A DNA stretch of 12,241 nt from Thermoproteota archaeon (GTDB lineage Archaea > Korarchaeota > Korarchaeia > Korarchaeales > Korarchaeaceae): assembly GCA_027491395.1 (NCBI GenBank), contig JAOZFI010000008.1:1-12241 (forward strand), given 5' to 3'. Positions 1-7,365 of the stretch are shown one piece after another. A program made the translations under genes and the position numbers. The notes under the pieces were generated by a model. It saw only the letters and a program-made list of their open reading frames with translations, was not told the DNA's origin and did not search any database. Position 1 is the first letter of the stretch; every line of letters begins with the position of its first letter.

Positions 1-28
1 GGATATGCTGAGATCGTGAGGTGGTTCT

Positions 29-1162
29 CTAGTCTCCAACGTACCTCAAGGTGATGTCCCCGCTGGTCGAATGTGCCCGCACGACGAACTCTTGAGAGGA
101 CTCGGTGCCGACTATCCCTCGGGCAAACCTCTTGGTTATGCTCGTGATGCCCCTATCCTCCCCGGAGTGGAGGAGGCGTATACCCTCAAATTTAACGTCA
201 CCACTCATTGTCTCGGCCGTTACGTTAAAGTAGATGTTATCGTCCTTACTCAGATCTAAGACGATGTCTCCACTCGTTGTATCGGAGAAGAATCCCCTCA
301 CTCCGCTTATGCTAGGGTATGCCCCATACCACGCGTGCACACGACCCACTATATCTCCGCTGACAGTTCTGACATCGCCGGAGTGACCGATCCTCACATC
401 GAGGTTCACATCACCGCTAGTTGTCCTCACCTGTAGACTCGCATACGTTCCTCTAACTATCACGTCCCCGCTGACTGTCCTTAACCCAGCGTCTAGTCCA
501 CCCACCTCCATCTCCACATTCCCACTGACGGACTCAACCATAGCTAACGTGATCTCACACCCTTTAGGTACGAGGATCTCCATGCGGAGCTCCTGCTTGT
601 ACACCGGGAAACCCAACAGGATCAGAGGCCTCTCATACTCGGTGTATATGTTGAGCTGGGAGGGCTCACCAATTGAATCGCTCTCCCAATAGGTCAAAGA
701 CATACTCTTCCTAATTTCCTCGATCAAATTGGCCGGAACCAACATTTTCACGGTTAAATTGTCCTCATCACCGCCCATTACCCTTACGTTGAAGGGTACC
801 ACCGTCACATTAAGTACGAGTGTGCCGTTGCACTCGAAGCTGCCTAGGGTTACGTTAGAGTGCGGCGCGGGCTCCGCGAACTTCATTCCCAAGGCCCTGC
901 CTGCGTGAACAGAAACCGTCATGAACACTATTGATAGGGCTAGGGACACCAGCACGGTGACTAGGACTTTGACCAACTCCCTTTTAACGGCAGATGCCCT
1001 CCTCATCGAGTAGCTGAGGGCCAGTAGTACCAGCCCTAGGCCCATCAAGATGGCCGCCTTGCCGTAGTCGGGTATGCTCCACCAAGGCAGGTACTCCAGC
1101 GATAGGACCAAGACTCCCACGAAAAGGAAGAACTTTCCGGCGCTGAGTAGGGCCCTATTCAA
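29..1162 (-). CDS. Membrane-anchored DUF4097 (Toastrack / LiaG-like beta-strand repeat) protein
   Basis: About three N-terminal hydrophobic helices, then seven (T/S)xSG(D/N)(V/I) repeats (SVSGNV, TVSGDV, TTSGDV, TVSGDI, TTSGDI, TMSGDV, STSGDI) typical of DUF4097. The ORF track starts at GTG 1180, but a strong GGAGGTGA RBS just before TTG 1162 and the 8-nt overlap with the upstream gene favour 1162. Confidence 0.85.
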   Translation of the reverse strand: MNRALLSAGKFFLFVGVLVLSLEYLPWWSIPDYGKAAILMGLGLVLLALSYSMRRASAVKRELVKVLVTVLVSLALSIVFMTVSVHAGRALGMKFAEPAPHSNVTLGSFECNGTLVLNVTVVPFNVRVMGGDEDNLTVKMLVPANLIEEIRKSMSLTYWESDSIGEPSQLNIYTEYERPLILLGFPVYKQELRMEILVPKGCEITLAMVESVSGNVEMEVGGLDAGLRTVSGDVIVRGTYASLQVRTTSGDVNLDVRIGHSGDVRTVSGDIVGRVHAWYGAYPSISGVRGFFSDTTSGDIVLDLSKDDNIYFNVTAETMSGDVKFEGIRLLHSGEDRGITSITKRFARGIVGTESSQEFVVRAHSTSGDITLRYVGD

Positions 1163-1577
1163 GGAGATCACCTCCCTCACCGCTACCGTTCCCTCGACCG
1201 CCTCCTGCCCCGTTAGACCTCTCTGTTCTCCCCTTGAGACCCAGCACCACCATCAGAATGCCTAGGAGGATCAGGGCCACGGGCCAGTTTACTTCGATCT
1301 GCGGGAACATCTCTTTGAGGAGCCAGTAAACGCCTCCGAGTATGAGGATGACACCAACTATGAGCGCGAAGTCACCGTTCCCCTCCTCGCGCTCGACCCT
1401 CTCGTAACCGTACCTCCCTCTCACATAGGCGGCTGATACTAGGAGAGTTGTGAATATCGCCGCTAGGCCGTGGTGGATCCACGCTAGGAGCACCACCAGC
1501 ACAGCTATGCCGCCTGAGGATAGATGTCTCTCCATTGCCTCGCCTAGATCGGCCAAGAAGTCCACTACCTGTCCCAT
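1155..1577 (-). CDS. Small multi-pass membrane protein with a LiaI/LiaF-like (DUF5668-like) TM hairpin
   Basis: 140 aa with about four hydrophobic segments. GVILILGGVYWLL...WPVALILLGILMV matches the LiaI-LiaF-like TM pattern. Overlaps the start of the DUF4097 gene, suggesting coupling. Confidence 0.65.
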   Translation of the reverse strand: MGQVVDFLADLGEAMERHLSSGGIAVLVVLLAWIHHGLAAIFTTLLVSAAYVRGRYGYERVEREEGNGDFALIVGVILILGGVYWLLKEMFPQIEVNWPVALILLGILMVVLGLKGRTERSNGAGGGRGNGSGEGGDLLE

Positions 1578-1663
1578 ACGGACACCAGGATGGATCTCAA
1601 ACCTCAGCTAATAGAGATGGTTGAAGAGAAACGTTTGACGAGGGCCGTCGTCATCCTTGTAGC

Positions 1664-2431
1664 CTAGCCCAGCACCAGACTGACGCCACCTACCGAGTCC
1701 AGCACGACCCTGCCAGCGAAGATACCGACTGCTGCCACTACGAACGACTCGCTGGGATTCAACCTGAGGGAATGCCTGGCCGAGGTCATCAGTAGGTAGA
1801 AGAACCAGACAAGACACACCTTGGGGACGGCAGAGGAGATCAGGTAGGGGGGAACCCCCAACAGCCCGGCCACCGACTCGGGTTGTGCGACGACAAGGGA
1901 CGATACGAGGAGGGGGAGGAGGGTGGCCGGGAAAGAGACTAGGAATCTGACGTAATCTTCGGCATTGTACCCGACCTTGGCTCCGGCTAAGGAGAAGATC
2001 AGAGGAGAGAGGACGTTTCCAATCAAGGAGGGAATACCGAAGTATCTGATCGTAGATAGAATTGCCGACAAACCTATAAGCAGCGATAGAGCTATGAAAG
2101 AAGGTTTAAGCTCGGCTAGGGATCTGAAACCGGCAAAGGGCCTTAAAACCAGATCCAAGGGCGATTCTACTCGGGTGGCGCTGATTGATTCCTCCTCGAT
2201 AACGAGCATGGACCTGTAGGCCTTCCACCCATCCTCAGTCAGTTCATAGAGTCCCCTGTTGGAGGTTATGAGGCCTCTCATCTTCTCCAAGTGATGGTTG
2301 AGGGTGCCCGTCGTGAGGCCGGTCTTCCTGAGGAGGGAGGTATAGGTCTGGGGGCCTTCTTCGGCCAGCGATCTCAGGATGATCCTCCTAGTCTTATGCG
2401 CCAAGGCCTGAAACAGTTTATCTTCTTCCAT
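1664..2431 (-). CDS. ArsR-type winged-HTH transcription regulator fused to a C-terminal multi-pass (Yip1-like) membrane domain
   Basis: N-terminal LFQALAHKTRRIILRSL...TTGTLNHHLEKM...YELTEDG is an ArsR/HTH_20 signature. The C-terminal ~150 aa has 4-5 hydrophobic helices starting after LVLRPFAGF, which resembles a Yip1 domain start. Confidence 0.85.
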   Translation of the reverse strand: MEEDKLFQALAHKTRRIILRSLAEEGPQTYTSLLRKTGLTTGTLNHHLEKMRGLITSNRGLYELTEDGWKAYRSMLVIEEESISATRVESPLDLVLRPFAGFRSLAELKPSFIALSLLIGLSAILSTIRYFGIPSLIGNVLSPLIFSLAGAKVGYNAEDYVRFLVSFPATLLPLLVSSLVVAQPESVAGLLGVPPYLISSAVPKVCLVWFFYLLMTSARHSLRLNPSESFVVAAVGIFAGRVVLDSVGGVSLVLG

Positions 2432-2454
2432 CCTGTCCGGAATTGATGACAGAG

Positions 2455-2464
2455 CTTAAAATAT
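2455..2464 (-). promoter_or_regulatory. Putative TATA box of the wHTH-membrane gene (leaderless transcript)
   Basis: Minus strand reads ATATTTTAAG 24-33 nt upstream of ATG 2431, with no RBS. Confidence 0.5.
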
Positions 2465-2472
2465 TACTGAGG

Positions 2473-2733
2473 TCAGCTCGCAGGCAGGAAGGTGCCTAGG
2501 AGTAGCAAGGCCAGTACGACAACCAAGATCCACCTAATGATCCCTGATATCTTGGCTATTAGGGTGACTAGCACGAGCAGCTCAATTATCGTCACGGCCG
2601 CGCCAGCCACGGGCTCGCTCATCCCGACCTTGGTGAGGAGGGGCAGGAGGGTGTCCTTCACTAGGGAGTCCATCCAATTAGCTAGGCGGATCAGCAGTTC
2701 CTTCAGGAAGCCAGTCAGATCGATGCCAATCAT
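2473..2733 (-). CDS. Small membrane protein (86 aa), hypothetical
   Basis: C-terminal part of the 157-aa track ORF. ATG at 2733 overlaps the TGA of the upstream gene (ATGA coupling), and two hydrophobic helices lie at the C-terminus. The upstream extension overlaps the 2730..3035 gene and is probably spurious. Confidence 0.7.
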   Translation of the reverse strand: MIGIDLTGFLKELLIRLANWMDSLVKDTLLPLLTKVGMSEPVAGAAVTIIELLVLVTLIAKISGIIRWILVVVLALLLLGTFLPAS

Positions 2734-3035
2734 TCTATGCTCTCCCACCTGAAGACATCCATAAATATACAGGCCGTCGTCATGATGTTGAGGCTCCTCA
2801 TTAACCTGTAGATCAAGCCTCCCGATAGCTGACCGAGGAAGAAAGCTCCCACAAGAACAGGAAAGGTTATGAGAGCCCATCCAAGTCCTGAAAGGAACCT
2901 CAGAGCTATAACCAGTATGACGGGAATGTGTATCGCTAGGAACCACTGCCTGCTAGCTCTCCTCACATGACCTCTCCAGTAGCCGAAGGGGAGGTTCATC
3001 AGGAACACGACAAGGGCTAGCTGTGCTAGGTCCAT
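2730..3035 (-). CDS. Small conserved-looking membrane protein (101 aa), function unknown
   Basis: Three hydrophobic segments and an NLPFGYWR...WFLAIH-x-P motif that looks like a widespread uncharacterised family. AT-rich TAATTAATA lies upstream. Confidence 0.75.
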   Translation of the reverse strand: MDLAQLALVVFLMNLPFGYWRGHVRRASRQWFLAIHIPVILVIALRFLSGLGWALITFPVLVGAFFLGQLSGGLIYRLMRSLNIMTTACIFMDVFRWESIE

Positions 3036-3142
3036 TTCGCATCCTTAAATGGGAGGGGAATGGTATTAATTACTCTTTTCGTTCGGATAGTGCGAGCCAG
3101 TCCGGGAGCAGGATGGGTCGTCGAGCTTTTAGTATAGAAACA

Positions 3143-3172
3143 GAGGGTCGCTAAATCCTTCCAGCGACCTTC
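3143..3172 (-). terminator. Possible hairpin terminator after the 3178..3762 gene
   Basis: Perfect 7-bp inverted repeat GGTCGCT (3146-3152) / AGCGACC (3163-3169) with a 10-nt loop, extendable imperfectly. On the minus strand it lies just after the stop and is followed by TGTTTCT. Confidence 0.4.
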
Positions 3173-3177
3173 CCAGA

Positions 3178-3762
3178 TCAGTCCAAGGGATTAAAAGGGG
3201 TTAATTCCCTCAGTGCCTCAACCACCCATATCCCTCTCTTCTCCGCCTCTTCTATGGATTCGGGAGTCGCCCAGAGCGTGTATATCACTGCAAGTATCCT
3301 CTTATCCCTGACTTCCGGGACCTTCCTCCTCACTTCCTCCACTAACCCCAAGATCCTCTTCACCAGACCCACGCCCAAGCGAGTGGTGACCTCTCCGACG
3401 ACGCACAGGTCATCGGTACAACCGTAGATGTCAACCTCGAGTCCCTCGATGAAGAGTCTCCTTAGACTTATGTCGATGCCCCTCTCCCTCAACTTATAGG
3501 AAATGACCTCCCTAGCTTCCTCCTCCAGAGATATGCTCGTCCTGTCCATATATGAGCGGATTTCCTTTATTTCCGCGACAATTTCGTTAAATTTCTTGTC
3601 ATGCTCGGCAAGCTTCGCGACAATTTCGTTAAATTTCTTGTCATGCTCGGCAAGCTTCCTGAGGATCTCCTCCATCCCGAGGAGGCCAGCCACCGCATAC
3701 TTGAACTCCTCATCTTCTCTAAGCAGGGTGAGGATCTTCCTCTTCATGTCCCAGCTGCTCAT
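3178..3762 (-). CDS. Archaeal coiled-coil protein with a C-terminal PD-(D/E)XK-like domain (paREP/DUF3782-like)
   Basis: N-terminal LLREDEEFKYAVAGLLGMEEIL, heptad repeats KLAEHDKKFNEIVA x2, then EVDIYG...VVGEVT and AEKRGIWVV as seen in this family. GGTGA RBS-like sequence directly upstream. Confidence 0.8.
   Translation of the reverse strand: MSSWDMKRKILTLLREDEEFKYAVAGLLGMEEILRKLAEHDKKFNEIVAKLAEHDKKFNEIVAEIKEIRSYMDRTSISLEEEAREVISYKLRERGIDISLRRLFIEGLEVDIYGCTDDLCVVGEVTTRLGVGLVKRILGLVEEVRRKVPEVRDKRILAVIYTLWATPESIEEAEKRGIWVVEALRELTPFNPLD
3574..3657. repeat. Perfect 42-bp tandem duplication (2 copies) encoding two heptads each
   Basis: CGCGACAATTTCGTTAAATTTCTTGTCATGCTCGGCAAGCTT at 3574-3615 and 3616-3657, identical. 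Confidence 0.97.
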
Positions 3763-4084
3763 TCACCTACCTCGGGAAATGGTTGGAGGGAAACAAAAAC
3801 CTTTCGTTGAGCCTTCCCGCCCTGAATTTTGAGGAACGCTGCGATCCCCATGACCCACCTACTCTCATGGTTTATCCGTGTCTTTGTCGGTTCCACTAAT
3901 ATTTCTCCTCAAAATCCCTGAACTCCTCAAGGATCATTAGTAGCTGTATGTTTACCCTCACGCTGTTGCATGGATTTTTCAGTTGGGTTCTAGAACAGGT
4001 TACCAGCCTGACTGGTTCATCATTTAAGGTAATTATCAAAAGTTTGAGAGATGAAGCGTTGAAGTGATATCCGACCAAAGAAAG

Positions 4085-4115
4085 TATTATAATGTAAACC
4101 TACTTAAGTTGACAT
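4085..4115 (+). promoter_or_regulatory. TATA box plus palindromic operator overlapping the start codon
   Basis: TATTATAA at 4085-4092, preceded by purine-rich AAAGAAAG (BRE-like). ATGTAAAC (4092-4099)-N8-GTTGACAT (4108-4115) is a 7/8 inverted repeat covering the first two bases of ATG 4114. Confidence 0.6.
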
Positions 4116-4742
4116 GGGTATCGAAAGCACTGCTAGGGTCTACGTGGAGGACGCGTACATATTGGTGGAGGGGGGCTCCTTCCCCCTGAGAGGTACCAGC
4201 TGTCTTCACTGGTGAAATTCATCGATCTGACCTCAGTCGAGCGGTTCGTGGCCCTTCACAGGATACCTGGTCTCCTGCTGAGTACTGCATCGAACTTAAT
4301 AGCTACGACTGCCGCATTCTTGTGGGCTTATTTGAAGACGCTGCCTCCTATTCTAGCCGTTATTGGAGCTGTACTCTCAGGGATATGCTTCATATCTCTG
4401 GAGATATCGATGTTGATCTCCCCTACTTTAGGAAGAGGTCAGCTCGATAATCGCTTCATCGGGATAGCCTCCCTAGCTACTCTGATCATGGGCCTCTCGG
4501 TGTTGGTCCAAGGACTCCCCAGTATCTCCCTTGAGAGAATGGCCGCTGCTGGCTCGATGACTGGAGTCGGTCTATCAAGCATGATCAATACCTTGCTGGG
4601 TAGATCGAGCGCCTGGGGAAGCGTGTTCAGGCTTCGTTTCTCTGGAGATCGGCTGATCTATGTATCCATCCCCTCCATTGAAGAAGCACTTTCCTTCAAG
4701 AGAACTGTGATGGAGGCCGTTAAGAATGACGAGACTTCCTGA
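4114..4742 (+). CDS. Four-TM membrane protein, apparently frameshifted at a G6 tract (track ORF 4212..4742 is the downstream part)
   Basis: ATG 4114 sits about 25 nt after the TATA box and reads MGIESTARVYVEDAYILVEGG before stopping at TGA 4213-4215. One extra G in 4170-4175 would join it to the 4212 frame (GLLPPERYQLSSLVKFIDL...), giving 209 aa. Confidence 0.6.
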
Positions 4743-5157
4743 GAGAATGGAGGAGGTCTGGATCCTGACAGCTAGGGGACTGAGCGAGGCTGATGCTGCA
4801 AGAAAGCTGGGCATGACTAGGCAGGCGGTGAACAAGATGGTGAAGGAGGCTAGGGCCAGGCTAGCACACTGGTTCGTCGAGAGTGCAGAATTCCTCAACT
4901 CCGATCTGATAAGATTAGATTCCGTCAGGGGATTCACTGTTCTGAGGAGTAGACAGCTCGGTTTACGGATTTACGTTATATACGTTCCTAAGAAGGGTCT
5001 AAGAGCGGTCTTCGGGATAGAGCCCCTATGTCCAGGGAAGGACAGTGAGAGGCACTGCAGAGAGATTGCAAGGGCTGCGATGGAGCTGGGACTCGTGGAT
5101 GAATTCAATTCCGATGAGGAGGTGATAAGGCGGTTGATCAGGCTCATGGAAAGCTGA
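4726..5157 (+). CDS. HTH DNA-binding protein (sigma70 region 4/LuxR-like HTH) with a C-terminal domain carrying two Cys
   Basis: GLSEADAARKLGMTRQAVNKMVKEAR is a classic HTH. GGAGG RBS upstream and a 17-nt overlap with the preceding gene. Confidence 0.8.
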   Translation: MTRLPERMEEVWILTARGLSEADAARKLGMTRQAVNKMVKEARARLAHWFVESAEFLNSDLIRLDSVRGFTVLRSRQLGLRIYVIYVPKKGLRAVFGIEPLCPGKDSERHCREIARAAMELGLVDEFNSDEEVIRRLIRLMES

Positions 5158-5371
5158 CATCCTACATTGGACGGAAACAAAACAGCGATGCTTGGAAGAT
5201 CATTTCACGCGCCCGGCCGTGAAGTCACCTTCTTCGGCGCCTCGACTACCTTAGCAATATCTTTCAAGTCCGTCCTGCAGGTCGCCTACATGTTAATGCT
5301 CATCCATCCATGGTGATCGACTCAAGAGGTACGTGAAGCATTTTTTAACGTGGGGGACTAGGAGGGAGAAG

Positions 5372-6547
5372 ATGAAGGTATTGGTGATCTCGCCCCACTA
5401 CAACACCTTCGTCAAGGGAGCTGTTGAAGCTCTAGCTAGGGAAGTAGAGTCCATTGAGGTGCTCGTACACCACAACAGGCTGACCGACCTGCTGAGGTTC
5501 ATACCTTTCGGGGGGTACTTGGACTACGCTAGGAGGTTCACGAGGGAGAAGCTTCTGAATACGGAAGGGAAGCCCGAAAACGTGAGAATATACTTAATCT
5601 CTAAGCCTTACTTTCCCCCCAGCTCGAGGAACCCTAGGGTGGGTGATATATTTGCCAAGGAAATGCTCGAAGTCATTAGGAGGGAGAGAATAGAGACTAA
5701 TCTGATCCACGCCCACTTCATATGGCCCCCTGGGTACATAGGAGCCAAGTTGAAGGAGGTTCTGGGCCTCCCGCTGGTGATCACCGGGCACGGATACGAT
5801 GTCTACGACCTTCCCTTCAGGAGCGAGGAGTGGAGGGAGAGGGTGAGTTGGGCCCTCTCGAAGGCAGATGCGGTGACAACGGTGAGCAGTTCCAACAGGA
5901 GGATACTTGTGGAGGAGCTGGGATTGAGGGAGAAGGTGGTTCACCTAGTGCCCAACGGGGTGAGTAGGATCTTCAGACCGATCAGCAGGGAGGAGGCTAG
6001 GGAGAAGCTGGGGATCCCGTTGGAGGGCAGGGTGATCCTATCCGTGGGTAGCCTCATAGAGGTCAAGGGTCACGAATATCTGATCAGGGCCCTCAAGACC
6101 GTGAAGGAACGGGGATACAAATTCTTCGCATACTTGGTAGGCGAGGGACACCTCAGGGGCAGGTTAAGGGAACTCATCTCCTCCTTGGGATTGGAGGAGG
6201 TTAAGCTGGTGGGCCCCAGGCCGCACAACGAGATCCCGCTGTGGATGAATGCCGCCGACCTGTTCGTCCTCCCTAGCCTGATGGAAGGCCTGCCGACAGT
6301 GATGCTCGAGGCCCTGGCCTGCGGAACCCCCTTCTTGGGGACAAGAGTCGGGGGAATACCTGAAGTGGTGAGAGAGGGAATCGGCATCCTTGTGGAAGCA
6401 GGTCGTCCCGATCAGCTGGCGGACGCGATCGAGGAGGCGCTGGAAAGGGAGTGGGACCGTGACTCTATTGCTAGGTATGGGAGCCAGTTTTACTGGGACA
6501 GGATAGCCGTGAAGTACGTCGAGATCTACGAGAGAGTGATAAGCTGA
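5372..6547 (+). CDS. Glycosyltransferase family 4 (GT-B fold)
   Basis: MKVLVIS start, LIHAHF, VITGHGYD, VPNGV, VGSLIEVKG and FVLPSLMEGLPTVMLEALACG (E-x7-E). ATG 5372 is preferred over GTG 5333 because of GGAGG at 5361-5365 and TTTTTTAA at 5341-5348. Confidence 0.95.
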   Translation: MKVLVISPHYNTFVKGAVEALAREVESIEVLVHHNRLTDLLRFIPFGGYLDYARRFTREKLLNTEGKPENVRIYLISKPYFPPSSRNPRVGDIFAKEMLEVIRRERIETNLIHAHFIWPPGYIGAKLKEVLGLPLVITGHGYDVYDLPFRSEEWRERVSWALSKADAVTTVSSSNRRILVEELGLREKVVHLVPNGVSRIFRPISREEAREKLGIPLEGRVILSVGSLIEVKGHEYLIRALKTVKERGYKFFAYLVGEGHLRGRLRELISSLGLEEVKLVGPRPHNEIPLWMNAADLFVLPSLMEGLPTVMLEALACGTPFLGTRVGGIPEVVREGIGILVEAGRPDQLADAIEEALEREWDRDSIARYGSQFYWDRIAVKYVEIYERVIS

Positions 6548-6553
6548 CCTTCC

Positions 6554-6970
6554 CTATATTTCCTCGCACATCACCACCTTCACACCGTACTCCTCGAGAT
6601 CTTTCCCCATCCTTCGGTGATCCTCATCGCATGTCAGAAGTTTCGAAGGCCTAACGGAGGTAGCTATGAGGAGATCCATGTCGGGATAGGTCTCTCCCCT
6701 TATCAGCGAGCTTGCCTTGAGCTGAGCAGCCACCCTCACCCCTTCCTCGTCTAGAGGATAGATACTCACCCACCTGAGCAGAGAATCCACCCAGAGGAGC
6801 TCCCTATAGTCACCTCTCTCCCTTAGGTGGTAGGCTCCTACCAACAGCTCGTAAAGTGAGAGGATCGATATCCCCACATCTCCGACGTCCTCACTCTCCT
6901 TTCTGAGCAGGCCATCAAATTTACCCCTCCGCAGTTCGAGCAGGAAGGAGGTATCCAGTAGGAGCCTCAT
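6554..6970 (-). CDS. vapC: PIN-domain ribonuclease toxin (VapC)
   Basis: LLLDTSFL, LSLYELLVG, DMDLLIA and LLTCDED carry the conserved acidic PIN residues. ATGA overlap with the upstream antitoxin gene. Confidence 0.93.
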   Translation of the reverse strand: MRLLLDTSFLLELRRGKFDGLLRKESEDVGDVGISILSLYELLVGAYHLRERGDYRELLWVDSLLRWVSIYPLDEEGVRVAAQLKASSLIRGETYPDMDLLIATSVRPSKLLTCDEDHRRMGKDLEEYGVKVVMCEEI

Positions 6971-7176
6971 ATTCTCGCCCTGAAATTTTCCCTGACCCTT
7001 CTCACGATGTCCTCGAGTTCTGGAGATGGGGGAGCTGAGCAGACCTCGATTATCTTCCCCACTCTCCTCTCGATATCTCTCCTTATCAGCTCGTCTATTA
7101 CGTCGGAGAAGCTCCTCTTCCCCTTGAGCGATAGAAGCCTTCGATAGGTGTCGTCCCTCACGGTTATCGTCTTCAT
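6967..7176 (-). CDS. vapB: VapB-family antitoxin (archaeal DUF217/VAPB_antitox type)
   Basis: MKTITVRDDTYRRLLSLKGKRSFSDVIDELI matches the archaeal antitoxin pattern, and the gene lies directly upstream of vapC. ATG 7176 is preferred over TTG 7185 given the TATA spacing. Confidence 0.9.
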   Translation of the reverse strand: MKTITVRDDTYRRLLSLKGKRSFSDVIDELIRRDIERRVGKIIEVCSAPPSPELEDIVRRVRENFRARI

Positions 7177-7191
7177 ATACAACACACGACG

Positions 7192-7209
7192 TATTATAAA
7201 TATATAAAT
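7192..7209 (-). promoter_or_regulatory. TATA box of vapBC
   Basis: Minus strand ATTTATATATTTATAATA, with TTTATATA about 25-32 nt upstream of ATG 7176. Confidence 0.65.
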
Positions 7210-7365
7210 TTTGTTACAGGACCTCGATGTTAGCTCAGCGAACCCGAACCGAGAGAACGGAGAATCTAAATGACGCTACAGTGTAGGGGGCGTTCAGAGC
7301 CCTCTAATCCGTGGGAAAATTGCCTAAAGATCGGCCGTGCCTCGATGATTATCCCTGCCCCCATC

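Noticed and set aside
2444-2470. TGATGA...CTGA resembling C/D box sRNA motifs
   Set aside because: Only 27 nt with no recognisable D'/C' pair, and it overlaps the TATA box of the minus-strand gene.
3574-3657. Direct repeats as a possible CRISPR array
   Set aside because: The units are adjacent with no spacers, lie in frame within a CDS, and there are no cas genes.
5199-5212. 13/14 match (ATCATTTCACGCGC) to the reverse complement of about 12206-12219
   Set aside because: Short, does not extend cleanly, and one copy is within probable coding sequence, so it is compatible with chance.
7224-7312. Intact tRNA, including tRNA-Pyl given TCTAAAT
   Set aside because: The anticodon and acceptor stems do not pair and the T-arm register is wrong. 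It is kept only as a low-confidence structured segment.
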